This document shows, piece by piece, positions 43,606 through 53,286 of a stretch of DNA of 64,000 nucleotides (within the stretch, counting starts at the first letter, position 1; every line of letters begins with the position of its first letter). The stretch covers positions 86,097 through 150,096 of the forward strand of contig CAVYBO010000002.1 in assembly GCA_963766885.1 (NCBI GenBank). Reading direction: 5' to 3'. The translations under genes were made by a program, and so were the position numbers. This DNA comes from an uncultured bacterium. GTDB taxonomy: Bacteria; Patescibacteriota; Minisyncoccia; Phycocordibacterales; CAIRYW01. Below the pieces are notes generated by a model. The model made no database searches and was not told where the DNA came from. It worked only from the letters and a program-made list of their open reading frames with translations.

Positions 43606-44847
43606 CTATTCATAACGCAAAGCCTCAATTGGGCTTTTTTTAGACGCTTGGCTCGCAGGATACCCCCCAAACACAAGACCTATAAAAGTTGAAACTCCAA
43701 GCCCTAAAACAACTCCGCTCCAAGGGAAAACAAATTGCCAATTTAAACCAAGTCCCCATCTCAATATTAATGAAACTGCTAATGCCAAAGTGGTTCCCAA
43801 AATTATCCCGATAACTCCCCCGATTGCAGTAAGTAAAACAGCTTCAAGCAAAAACTGAGTCAGAATATCGCGATCAGTTGCGCCGATTGCTTTGCGCAAA
43901 CCAATTTCACGAGTTCTTTCTGTTACAGATACGAGCATAATATTCATAATTCCCACTCCACCTACAAAAAGCGCGATCGAGGAAACAGCCACAAGAAACC
44001 ATGTCAGAGCGCTTGTTATGGTGCCTAGGGTGTTAGCCAAAGATTGCTGGGTTTCAATTGTAAAATCATCTTTAGTTGGATCAGTTATGTTATGTGATTC
44101 TTCAAGAGTCAGACGAACATCGCTTGCTGTTTCCGGCACAAGCGCGTCTGATTTGGCTTGTATAATAATACGATTATAGAATTTCTGTCCGGTGATATAG
44201 TTCATGGCTGTGGTGTACGGAGTTATGACCATTGAATCAAAATCAAACAGCGAGCCGCCGCCCGCTTTCGATAAAACAGCCACCACGCGGAAATTGCGGC
44301 CCTTGATAGTAATATCTTGATTTATGGGATCCTGATTGGCAAAAAGATATTTCGCCACATCAGATCCAATTACCGCAACACTGTTATACGAATCCACATC
44401 GCCTTGGTCAAAAAATTGTCCCTCGGAAGGATTGAGGGCGAAGATACTGGCCATTAGATCCGTGGCACCGAAAATCGTAATCTGATAAGTGTTTGATTGA
44501 AACGATGCGGTGTCCGAGCCAATAACCACCGGCATAATTGCTTGAAGATATGGCACATTAGCTTTATTTTCAAGAGCTGTTATATCAGCGGGTTTTAATG
44601 AATCGCTGTAAAGAGCACCAGCGCTCTGGGTTGGACTCGTTGATACTTGTCCAGGAATTACAGCAATTGTGTTGGTGCCAAGTCCTTGAACTTCTCCAAG
44701 AATAAGGGCTTTGGCGCCGGCGCCAAGTGAAATGACTAGCATAATTGCTGTGATGCCTATAACAATTCCTAGAATCGTTAGAATTGACCGCGAACGATTA
44801 GTTGTTAGTCCAGTAAGAGAAGTTTTGAATGCGTGCTTTAATGTCAT
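43606..44847 (-). CDS. MacB-like ABC transporter permease
   Basis: RSILTILGIVIG; GIMNIMLVSVTERTREIG; PIEALRYE. Confidence 0.95.
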   Translation of the reverse strand: MTLKHAFKTSLTGLTTNRSRSILTILGIVIGITAIMLVISLGAGAKALILGEVQGLGTNTIAVIPGQVSTSPTQSAGALYSDSLKPADITALENKANVPYLQAIMPVVIGSDTASFQSNTYQITIFGATDLMASIFALNPSEGQFFDQGDVDSYNSVAVIGSDVAKYLFANQDPINQDITIKGRNFRVVAVLSKAGGGSLFDFDSMVITPYTTAMNYITGQKFYNRIIIQAKSDALVPETASDVRLTLEESHNITDPTKDDFTIETQQSLANTLGTITSALTWFLVAVSSIALFVGGVGIMNIMLVSVTERTREIGLRKAIGATDRDILTQFLLEAVLLTAIGGVIGIILGTTLALAVSLILRWGLGLNWQFVFPWSGVVLGLGVSTFIGLVFGGYPASQASKKSPIEALRYE

Positions 44848-44873
44848 GAATTATTTGCAGTTTTATATTTTGG

Positions 44874-45593
44874 CTATTTAATGTATTCGTCCTGAGGCGT
44901 AAGGCGATTTTTTACTTTTTCCTCGCTTTCAATCTTTCCGTCCATAAGCCGAATAATTCTTTCAGCGTGTTCGGCTGTGGAAGTTTCGTGAGTAATCAAG
45001 ACGATTGTTTTTCCTTCATCCTGATTTAATCGCTGGATTATAGCCATGACATTTTTACCGCTTTTTGAATCTAGATTTCCTGTAGGTTCGTCTGCAAAAA
45101 TAATGTCAGGGTTATTAACAAGCGCGCGCGCAATAGCCACACGCTGGCGCTCTCCGCCGGAGAGTTCTGCGGAACTGTGGTAAAGCCTATGCCCCAATCC
45201 AACAGCTTCTGCCGCTTTTTGCGACATATCGTTCCACTTTTCTTCTTGAATATTTGAATAAACAAGCGGGAGTTTTACATTTTCAAGCACACTTGTTCGC
45301 GGCAAGAGATTAAAGGCCTGAAAGACAAATCCAATCTGGGTGTTTCTAATGCTTGCAAGCTCATCTCTTGTAAAAGAAGAAATGTTTTTTCCATTAAATA
45401 TATAACTACCGTTTGTCGGCTCATCCAAAAGTCCAAGCAGATGCAGTAGCGTTGATTTACCGCTTCCAGAAGGTCCCATTATTGCCACGAACTCTCCTTT
45501 GCGGACTGAAAAAGATACTTCTTGCAATGCAACAGTTTCTGCTTCACCGTCTTTGTAAGACTTTGTTAATTTTTCTACTTCAATTATATTCAT
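44874..45593 (-). CDS. ABC transporter ATP-binding protein (LolD/MacB-like)
   Basis: GPSGSGKST; LSGGERQR; ADEPTGNLD. Confidence 0.95.
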   Translation of the reverse strand: MNIIEVEKLTKSYKDGEAETVALQEVSFSVRKGEFVAIMGPSGSGKSTLLHLLGLLDEPTNGSYIFNGKNISSFTRDELASIRNTQIGFVFQAFNLLPRTSVLENVKLPLVYSNIQEEKWNDMSQKAAEAVGLGHRLYHSSAELSGGERQRVAIARALVNNPDIIFADEPTGNLDSKSGKNVMAIIQRLNQDEGKTIVLITHETSTAEHAERIIRLMDGKIESEEKVKNRLTPQDEYIK

Positions 45594-45597
45594 TAAA

Positions 45598-47112
45598 TTA
45601 ACTTGAGGCAGTATAAGTGACAATTTTTTCTCCTTTTGTAAGGCCGGAAATTATCTGTACAGACCCATCAAATCCTCTGATGCCGATTTCCACAGGAACA
45701 GCTTTATAAGTTTTACCGTCAGGATTCACCACCTGCACCGTGTCTGATCCATTGTTGTCTGTAACCGCGCGATATGGAATTTCAAGGACGTTATCTACTT
45801 CATGTGTAAATATTGTTAAGTTTGCGGTCATTCCTGATTTAATGCGACTATCATTTTGAGTAAACATCAAGGTTACTTTGTAAGTTGGCACCCCTTCAAG
45901 CACTGTTTCTGCCGGATCAATAGCTGTAACTTTTGCTTGAAAATAAGTATAGGAACCATATGCGTCTAGAGTTGTTGAAGCTAGATTGCCAACAGATATT
46001 TTTGCGATGTCAGATTCAGGAATAAAAGCGTCAATTTCGAAATCTCCATCGCTTATTACTCCAAAGGCGGCCTGGCCAGGAGCAACATATTCCCCAAGAT
46101 TTGGATCGACTTCTGTCACTACACCGCTAATCGGAGAAATAAGCGTGTCTTCGCTAAGATTTGCTTTAGCGGCATCTACTTTGGCCTGTTCAGATGCTAT
46201 TGAATCAGCAGAATTACCAGCTAATTTCAAATTATAATTAGTTTGAGCTTGAGTATATGCCGCCGCCGCATTGCTTAATTCCGTTTGAGCGGAAGCAACA
46301 GAATCAACAGCGCTATTGAATGTTGAAAACCCCGTGTTCATCGTGGCAACATATTGATCAACGGTCGATTGAGAAATTCCAGGATTACCTGAATTCAGAT
46401 CATTAACAATTCCAGAAAGATCAGACATAAATGTCTTGATTGTTGCAATGTAACCTGAAACATTTGAAAGTAAGCTTGATGTACTGGTTGTAGTTGCTTC
46501 CGACAAATCATTAGACCACTGGTTCATAGTGGTAGTTACATTAACTCGTTCTTCGTCAATTGACGCTTGCTCAAGTTCTGAGTCAGTATGAATTGTTAGT
46601 GTAGGATTGGAGCTTTCAGGATTTGAAAAAAAACTATCAGTGTAATTTACAAGCGCGCTTTGAACTTGCACATAAGCTTGATGAACAGAGTTTATTGCAT
46701 CTGTATTTGCACTATTAAGAGTAGTTTGAGCAGAAGCAACTTCTGCTTGTTGTACAGCAAGTTCATCAGGAGTTAAGCTTCGATCCATATCCGCTAGTGT
46801 AGCCTGCTCGCTTTCCAAATCTGCCTGATCGCTTGCGCTGTCTAGAGAAGCAATCGCATCACCGGCATTAACATGATCCCCAACCGCAACATCAATTTTT
46901 GAAACCACTCCACCTTTTTCAAAAGCCAGATTGGCTTTGCTCACAGGCGTTACAGTGCCGGTTGCAGTTACTGTTTCAACAACGTTCCCAAGGGTTACTT
47001 CTCCAGTTGTGAAATCTGGGGGAGTGTTTTCTTTTTTCCAAACAAACCAAGCGATAATTAATATAATTATTACGATGATTCCGATGACATACTTGTTTTT
47101 CAAAAATTTCAT
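45598..47112 (-). CDS. MacA-like periplasmic adaptor (membrane fusion protein)
   Basis: TM; lipoyl-like halves; SPISGVV; SGMTANL. Confidence 0.9.
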   Translation of the reverse strand: MKFLKNKYVIGIIVIIILIIAWFVWKKENTPPDFTTGEVTLGNVVETVTATGTVTPVSKANLAFEKGGVVSKIDVAVGDHVNAGDAIASLDSASDQADLESEQATLADMDRSLTPDELAVQQAEVASAQTTLNSANTDAINSVHQAYVQVQSALVNYTDSFFSNPESSNPTLTIHTDSELEQASIDEERVNVTTTMNQWSNDLSEATTTSTSSLLSNVSGYIATIKTFMSDLSGIVNDLNSGNPGISQSTVDQYVATMNTGFSTFNSAVDSVASAQTELSNAAAAYTQAQTNYNLKLAGNSADSIASEQAKVDAAKANLSEDTLISPISGVVTEVDPNLGEYVAPGQAAFGVISDGDFEIDAFIPESDIAKISVGNLASTTLDAYGSYTYFQAKVTAIDPAETVLEGVPTYKVTLMFTQNDSRIKSGMTANLTIFTHEVDNVLEIPYRAVTDNNGSDTVQVVNPDGKTYKAVPVEIGIRGFDGSVQIISGLTKGEKIVTYTASS

Positions 47113-47211
47113 GAAGTAATTATAATATAAAACGACTTGATTAGCACTTTCATCACTTTTCAAATTTAATTTTGCTTAAATTCATTTTTTCTTATAATCT
47201 ATATCGGTTCG

Positions 47212-47231
47212 CCTGCCTGACTGCAGGCAAG
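47212..47231. repeat. Short CCTGCCTG-N4-CAGGCAAG palindrome
   Basis: 7 of 8 bp inverted repeat just before tRNA-Gln. Confidence 0.55.
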
Positions 47232-47232
47232 T

Positions 47233-47303
47233 TGCCGGATCGTCTAATGGTAGGACATCGCCCTTTGGAGGCGGCTATCTTGGTTCGAATCCAAGTCCGG
47301 CAG
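47233..47303 (+). tRNA. tRNA-Gln(TTG)
   Basis: TGCCGGA...TCCGGCA-G acceptor; anticodon arm TCGCC-CTTTGGA-GGCGG; T-loop TTCGAAT; CCA not encoded. Confidence 0.96.
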
Positions 47304-47330
47304 TTTTTACTCTGGTATAATCTTAATTAC

Positions 47331-48083
47331 ATGAAAAATATTAAAAAATACACTTATCCTAAAAAATCTGGTTTTTACGATTATGAAGGAGTTCCAACTC
47401 TTTTTATTGATGAAGCAGAGAAAGTCGTTTCTGGGATTAACAAAAAGAAAAATGAATTATCTCTAAATATTCCCATTCATCCTTTAATGGGTCACATGAC
47501 ATGGATTGAACTGAGTCTTGTGATAGGAATAATAAAGTCTTCAGAAGCTAGATCTTTTCTGGAAATAGGAACTTTAGATGGTTTAATTGTTGAGAATATA
47601 TTAAATAATTGTTTAAAAATTGAGAATGTAATAACTATAGATTTACCAGAATCTATACATAAACATAAGGGTTCCGGTTCAAAACTTTTTATAGATAGTA
47701 TTAACGCAGAAATGATAAACACTTTTGTTATTGGTGAAAGATTTTTAAATAATTCTCGTAGAAATATTGTAACTCAAATAAGGAAGGATTCTGCAAAATT
47801 AAAACTAACCGATTTTAAAAATAAGTTCGATGTTATTTTAGTTGATGGTTCTCATACATATGACTATTGTGCTTCAGATACAGAGCTAGCAAAAAAACTT
47901 CTTTCAAAAAAAGGAATAATCATCTGGCATGATTTCAATAAAGTAAAAGCCCTTGTTGGTGTTACCGAGTTTCTCTCTGAAGAAGCAAGAAAGAAGGAAT
48001 TTTCACTGTATTGGCTTAAAGATCGTGAATACAACTCTTCTTCTGTAGTAGTTGGTCTCCGTAAATCTGATTTTCAATCATAA
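47331..48083 (+). CDS. Class I SAM methyltransferase (Methyltransf_24-like)
   Basis: FLEIGTLDG; FDVILVDGSHTY; IIWHD; ATG at 47331. Confidence 0.85.
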   Translation: MKNIKKYTYPKKSGFYDYEGVPTLFIDEAEKVVSGINKKKNELSLNIPIHPLMGHMTWIELSLVIGIIKSSEARSFLEIGTLDGLIVENILNNCLKIENVITIDLPESIHKHKGSGSKLFIDSINAEMINTFVIGERFLNNSRRNIVTQIRKDSAKLKLTDFKNKFDVILVDGSHTYDYCASDTELAKKLLSKKGIIIWHDFNKVKALVGVTEFLSEEARKKEFSLYWLKDREYNSSSVVVGLRKSDFQS

Positions 48084-48180
48084 AAGTTCCAACATCGTAT
48101 ACGACGGCCAGTTTTTACTTTTAGAAAAATTTAAATAAAAAAGTACAATCTGATTTCTCAGATAAAATTTATTTTCTATA

Positions 48181-51117
48181 TTAATGGTTATTTATATATG
48201 CCCTAGTAATAGGTCCGAAGTATCCGGAAGCAGGAATGATACCTTTTGCGCTCTGGAAGGCGGCCAAAGCCATTTTGGTTAATTTGCCAAAATAATTTGT
48301 TTCGTTTCCTGGTGACCCTGGTCCAGTAACCACTATAGTAAAGCCATGAGAATTTAAATACTTCTGAAGGAACTTTACCTTCGAATTAGTCATACCGATT
48401 TTTAAATTTTCAGTAAATGTTGGATTGATAACCGGATTAATAAACAATGTATTAATTTGATTAACGTTTGCACTGCCGCAAGGTTTCCCTGTATCTGCAT
48501 TGAACAGCTGTCCTGAAAGACAAACAGGGATATTTACAATAAGATTTGAATTTGAAAGTGATGAGTTCCCTCCACTAGAAAAATCAAAAATAACCGGCGC
48601 GGTACTGACATTAACCGCAGCCTGCCTAGTCACATTTACTGTGTATGTATTTTGTGTCAAACCGTCTTGTGCGGTAACTACTACAGGGATTGTATTGGAG
48701 CCGACATTCAATGATATAGATCCCGACGATGTGCCGCTGGCAACCGAAACACCGTTTACTGTTGTGGTCGCATTAGCCTGATTTAATGTCGGAGTGATTG
48801 TTACACTCGTCACATTATTAGGAACACTGTCGGTATAAGAAGTAGTGGTTGATGAAAATGCAGGACTTAAAGTTCCGGAACTGATAATGAGATTACTCAA
48901 AGTGGCATCAGAACTTATTTCTGTTCCCTCTGTAATAGTGGGCTCAGAAGGCACAAACTGCCTGACTAACACATTGTCAAAATCAGTTGTCGAATAGGCC
49001 CCGAGCAAACTGACTGTCGTAGAAGCAAGATTGTTGCTTTCAGTATAGGTCTCTTGCCAATTGGCAGGCATAGCACTTCCTATATTCCATATTTTCATAT
49101 ATATGGTCGTCCCCGCCCTAGCTACCTGCATCCGATACATGGTTGAAGTCGCCCAAGAAAACGATATGGGACTGCTTCCCCAGGCAATTTCACTATTGAG
49201 AATATTAACACTTGACTGAGTAGTACTTCTAAAGGCTCCACAATATCCGCGAGCAGCGTTATTTCCCGTATCATAACTGTTAAGACAAATTCCCCCGACA
49301 TCATTGTCAACTGGTGATGTCGTATAATTATCTACTTTTATATCAGCCTGCATCAAAAGATTGTTTGAAAGTCCAACATTATATGTAAGTTTAGTGTCTT
49401 CTTCAGCGGTAGTGGTACTTTGATGCATTTGTCCAAGGTTTGCTGCCCACGTTCCCACAACCTTGGTCCAGCCCGGTTTGAAGCTAACAAAATCATCCCA
49501 GAACGGATACACGTTGCTGTAATCGGCAGTAGAAACAGATACTGTTGAAGTATTAAAAAGGGAAAGATTATTTGCGACAAAATTCAAGTCCCCCATTGGT
49601 GATTCAAGATTGTTGCTACTGCCATTTTGGGTGGTGCCGTAATATTCCATTGTTGGGTCAGCCCCCGCAACAAAATCGTTTACATACTGAATGGCCTTGC
49701 TCTGGTTGGTAAGCTGCATTGCCGCCGCAACCCAGGCATTGGCCACAGACCATCTACCATTATCGTATGTGCCCACAGGAAATGGCTGGGTATTGCTGTT
49801 GTCAGTGCCGTCAGAATCAATGTATCCATAATAAGCCCACGTGGTCGGACTCTGATGAATATATCCGTTGGCAGTGAGAGTGCTGTAATTATTTACCAGA
49901 TAATTACTAATAGCGGTTGCTTGAGGAGAAGTGGTAATACCGATATATACAGCGTAAGCTGAGCCTTCAACGTCAATCTGATTATCCTGTCCAGCGGCAG
50001 CATAAAACATGCCATCAGTGCTGTCCCAGAGTGTTGATATATTGTTTTTAATGCCATTAGCCTGATTTGCAAAATAAGTTGCATCTGTTGTATCACCTTC
50101 CGCCGTGTACATGACCACCATATCTTCGGCTGCTTGGTAATACAATAAGGATCCCATTAAATCGTCCCCAGTTTTACGAACATCATCTTGAAATCCCCAC
50201 GGAACCCATTGGTCGGTTGGAGAAATATATACCAATGTTGTAGTACCATCTCTTGGAATATTGGACAGAGCTGTCTTCAATGCAGCGGAGCTGGAAGTAA
50301 AAGCTGTGATGTCTCCAGATTTATCATAATAAAGCTTCTCCATCATTGGCACCATAAAGGCTCCGTCTCCGGTGGCATGAGTATGGCGGTGGTCATCTCC
50401 TGAGTAATATGCATCAGCGGTACCATTGGAGTTTAGATCAATAGGAAAATCTCCATTTCCATTTTTTACCGATATAAATTTTTGGAATGTGTTTTTGATC
50501 TGTGCAGCCGTAAAATAGGATGGGTCTCCCGAAAAAGCATACCAAGTATCTGCTGCGTATTCTGTATGATATCCTGCTGCAGCAGTCCAATAATCTGAAC
50601 CATCGCTACTAAAGGTTGTATGATTGCTTGAAAGATCTTCCTGCGTCGCAGAAAGAAGTGTGTCGTATTGCGTTTGTGCAGAAATATTCACAGTATGAGT
50701 ATCGTACGAAGGGACAGTAGCGCTTGGATTTCCATAATATAAGTAGTAATTGGTATCGGTAGCATTTGCCGAAATTGCAGCCTGAGTCTCAAACCAAATT
50801 TGGGTGCTTGTGCTATTCCAACTTGATGATACGTCAAGACCTCGATTAAGTTCCGCCCAAGAACTGCCGTTCCAATATGCAATTCTTATATCTGCCCCGT
50901 TAGTAAGCGATTTTCCTGCGGAAACCAAAGCAGCATGATTGAAGGTATATCCTACTGAATAGCCAGACGATAATGTCCCTGAGCTATTGTTCGTAACTGC
51001 AAGCTGTTTAGAATATTGGTAGCTAGAATTCCAAACTGATGAAGGTGCGGATGCAAAAGCATTGCTAGAGAAAAAAAGACCTAGAAAACAAAACAGTAAA
51101 AGAAAGATTTTTTTCAC
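48181..51117 (-). CDS. Large secreted surface protein: DUF2341-like, six-hairpin glycosidase-like, cadherin-like beta-sandwich and peptidoglycan-binding domains
   Basis: Signal peptide; NGADIRI..YYLYYGNP; WGFQDDVRKTGD; SSDATLSNL..LSPAF..TYTVNV; VKFLQKYLN..YFGKLT..FGPITRA. Confidence 0.8.
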   Translation of the reverse strand: MKKIFLLLFCFLGLFFSSNAFASAPSSVWNSSYQYSKQLAVTNNSSGTLSSGYSVGYTFNHAALVSAGKSLTNGADIRIAYWNGSSWAELNRGLDVSSSWNSTSTQIWFETQAAISANATDTNYYLYYGNPSATVPSYDTHTVNISAQTQYDTLLSATQEDLSSNHTTFSSDGSDYWTAAAGYHTEYAADTWYAFSGDPSYFTAAQIKNTFQKFISVKNGNGDFPIDLNSNGTADAYYSGDDHRHTHATGDGAFMVPMMEKLYYDKSGDITAFTSSSAALKTALSNIPRDGTTTLVYISPTDQWVPWGFQDDVRKTGDDLMGSLLYYQAAEDMVVMYTAEGDTTDATYFANQANGIKNNISTLWDSTDGMFYAAAGQDNQIDVEGSAYAVYIGITTSPQATAISNYLVNNYSTLTANGYIHQSPTTWAYYGYIDSDGTDNSNTQPFPVGTYDNGRWSVANAWVAAAMQLTNQSKAIQYVNDFVAGADPTMEYYGTTQNGSSNNLESPMGDLNFVANNLSLFNTSTVSVSTADYSNVYPFWDDFVSFKPGWTKVVGTWAANLGQMHQSTTTAEEDTKLTYNVGLSNNLLMQADIKVDNYTTSPVDNDVGGICLNSYDTGNNAARGYCGAFRSTTQSSVNILNSEIAWGSSPISFSWATSTMYRMQVARAGTTIYMKIWNIGSAMPANWQETYTESNNLASTTVSLLGAYSTTDFDNVLVRQFVPSEPTITEGTEISSDATLSNLIISSGTLSPAFSSTTTSYTDSVPNNVTSVTITPTLNQANATTTVNGVSVASGTSSGSISLNVGSNTIPVVVTAQDGLTQNTYTVNVTRQAAVNVSTAPVIFDFSSGGNSSLSNSNLIVNIPVCLSGQLFNADTGKPCGSANVNQINTLFINPVINPTFTENLKIGMTNSKVKFLQKYLNSHGFTIVVTGPGSPGNETNYFGKLTKMALAAFQSAKGIIPASGYFGPITRAYINNH

Positions 51118-51253
51118 AGAAATTTATGTAATATTTTTAAAAAAATTAAGTCCTGTAAATATTACATTTTATAAGTCATATTTACAAGTATCTCTAAAAA
51201 ACCCATAAATAAAAGCCCTAAACTGCTTTTTGTAAGTTCAATATATCAGGTAG

Positions 51254-51307
51254 TTGACATAATTCCATTAAACTATCATAATTAAACAGTTATAACGTTC
51301 TTTGAAA
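51254..51307 (+). promoter_or_regulatory. Sigma70-type promoter and boxA-like element
   Basis: TTGACA 51254-59, 17-nt spacer, CATAAT 51277-82; CGTTCTTTGAAA 51296-51307. Confidence 0.6.
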
Positions 51308-51317
51308 TTGGCTTCTT

Positions 51318-51371
51318 TTTGCCATAGCATAGAGCGTCTTTTTTAGTGAGGATGTTCTATGCTGTGGCAAA
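51318..51371 (+). ncRNA. 23-bp leader RNA hairpin
   Basis: TTTGCCATAGCATAGAGCGTCTT / AGGATGTTCTATGCTGTGGCAAA; all four non-Watson-Crick positions are G-U pairs on the + strand. Confidence 0.65.
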
Positions 51372-51444
51372 GCCTTAAATTAGGCAGAGCCTGCTTCCTA
51401 AGCAATACACTACAAACCCAACCCATACCTAGAAAAAAAAGATA

Positions 51445-52149
51445 ATGCAACGTCAAAATCCGCAAGGAACTTTGGACAGGACTGATCAGTTTGCGCGAGG
51501 GTCTTCTGCTGATAAAATCGACGCATTAGTGGCAGAAATTAGGCGCAACTTCTCGGACGCTCAGATAGAGCGGCTAGCGACCGACCCAGATCTAATCCTG
51601 GGTATACGTGAGTGTATTGAACACCGCGGCAGCATCAAACTGATGACGCACTCAATCGATTGCGGCACATTAGTTTCTTGCAGTCCTGGCTGGGAAATAC
51701 CTCCGGAATACCAAATGCTGCCGGTACACTACTCTGGTGTTCTGGAGTGGAACAAAGAAGAACAGGTCGGGGCCATTCATGTCGTTAAGAGAAACGGCAA
51801 TGCGAACTATCTCGGCAAAAAAGCCCCGCTCGTTCAGGAGCTTTTCTGGAAAGGTACGTACCCGGCAAACGTCGGGCGCTATCTGGTAGAGAACCCAGTC
51901 CTCATCCCCAAAGAATGGTGTCGTTACCTCAAAGTATTCTTTTTTGGAACCATCTTTAGCACTAAACCGCCCTACACCAATTATAGCGGTCCAAGGGACC
52001 TCTACGTCATGTTCATTGAAAAACGTGGCGGCAAATGGCAGGCGGACTATCTCCTCCTAGACGAGACCCGATTAGGGCCAGAGATCGCCGTGGCGTGCCA
52101 CGATGGAAACCAAAAAGGAAACGAGAACGAGGTCGTGCTGAGTTCATAA
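51445..52149 (+). CDS. Hypothetical protein resembling a variable Parcubacteria family
   Basis: THSIDC..PGW..GVLEWN..PANV..YL..NP.LIPKEW..FFGTIF pattern; GC higher than neighbours. Confidence 0.75.
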   Translation: MQRQNPQGTLDRTDQFARGSSADKIDALVAEIRRNFSDAQIERLATDPDLILGIRECIEHRGSIKLMTHSIDCGTLVSCSPGWEIPPEYQMLPVHYSGVLEWNKEEQVGAIHVVKRNGNANYLGKKAPLVQELFWKGTYPANVGRYLVENPVLIPKEWCRYLKVFFFGTIFSTKPPYTNYSGPRDLYVMFIEKRGGKWQADYLLLDETRLGPEIAVACHDGNQKGNENEVVLSS

Positions 52150-52165
52150 CAACTGGAACAGTATC

Positions 52166-52199
52166 AGTCCCGCATTTACACTGCGGGACTAATTTTTTT
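52166..52199 (+). terminator. Intrinsic terminator
   Basis: AGTCCCGCA-N7-TGCGGGACT followed by AA and a T-run. Confidence 0.85.
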
Positions 52200-52222
52200 A
52201 TTTAATTTATAACTATATAAAA

Positions 52223-53245
52223 TTAAAGACTGATCACAAACAATTCCAGAGAAAGCTCTGGAATAAATGATCTTTCAGCTTGCATCAGCGCCTGAAGAAG
52301 CTTTCTTAAAACTTCAATACTTAAATCAAGATCTTTAGAATCAGATGCGTTTTTAATAAATTTAATTCTGTCTTCTGAATATTTTTTTAGCAAGGATCCT
52401 TCCTGAAATTTAGATACTCTGATCAAAACAATTTCACGGATTTTTTCCAAAACCAGTCTGCCAAAAAGATTTATATTTATTTCGGCTTCTTCGATATCCT
52501 TCAAAATTTTCAAGGCTTCATCAATATTTTTTTTACCTACTGCCAAAATAAAATTTTCTATCAAAGATTCTCTTGGAGCTCCCAGAGCTTTTTCTGTGTC
52601 AGTTAATTTTATTGATTTGCCAGATATAAACCCGATTGTCTTTTGTAATGCGCCAAACGCGTCTCGAAAGGAACCTCCTGCAACCAGTGCAATCAACTCA
52701 GCGGCGTTTTCTTCAATATCAAATCCCTCTTTTTTGGAGACTTCGGAAACAACTTTAGAAATTATACAAGTGGTTGGTTTTTTGAATTCACAAATCTGGC
52801 AACGGGATTGGATTGTTTCTGGGATTTTTTCCAATTCTGTCGTGGCCATAATAAATAAAACATGCTTAGGAGGCTCTTCCAAAGTTTTAAGCAGCGCGTT
52901 CCACGCTTCACGTGTGAGCATATGAGCTTCGTCTATAATGTAAACCTTTTTCTTGGATGAAAATGGCATAGTCTCAATCGTTTCTCTAAGCGTGCGAATG
53001 TCATCAATTCCCCTGTTTGATGCTGCGTCTATTTCGTACAAATCATCGTCTGTAGTACCAAGTTCTTTGGCTAAAATTCTGGCAACAGAAGTTTTGCCCG
53101 TGCCGCGGGAACCGGCAAAAATGTATGCGTGTGAAAGCCTCTCTTCCGAAATAGAATTTTGAAGAAGTAAGACAGTCTGCTCTTGTCCGATTATTTCTTC
53201 AAAATTTTTGGGACGATATTTTCTATAAAGCGTTTCGTGATTCAT
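52223..53245 (-). CDS. dnaX: DNA polymerase III subunit gamma/tau (short)
   Basis: LYRKYRP, GSRGTGKT, EIDAASNRG, DEAHML, SRC. Confidence 0.96.
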   Translation of the reverse strand: MNHETLYRKYRPKNFEEIIGQEQTVLLLQNSISEERLSHAYIFAGSRGTGKTSVARILAKELGTTDDDLYEIDAASNRGIDDIRTLRETIETMPFSSKKKVYIIDEAHMLTREAWNALLKTLEEPPKHVLFIMATTELEKIPETIQSRCQICEFKKPTTCIISKVVSEVSKKEGFDIEENAAELIALVAGGSFRDAFGALQKTIGFISGKSIKLTDTEKALGAPRESLIENFILAVGKKNIDEALKILKDIEEAEININLFGRLVLEKIREIVLIRVSKFQEGSLLKKYSEDRIKFIKNASDSKDLDLSIEVLRKLLQALMQAERSFIPELSLELFVISL

Positions 53246-53286
53246 AAAAAATATTATAGCAAAGAAAGAGAAAATAAATTTAATAT

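Noticed and set aside
47172-47330. Long N-terminal extension of the methyltransferase ORF
   Set aside because: It overlaps tRNA-Gln; the ATG at 47331 has its own -10 box.
52150-52170. Leader/trailer pairing for the 51.4 kb gene
   Set aside because: Only about 5 bp (CAGTT/AACTG) found, which is not significant.
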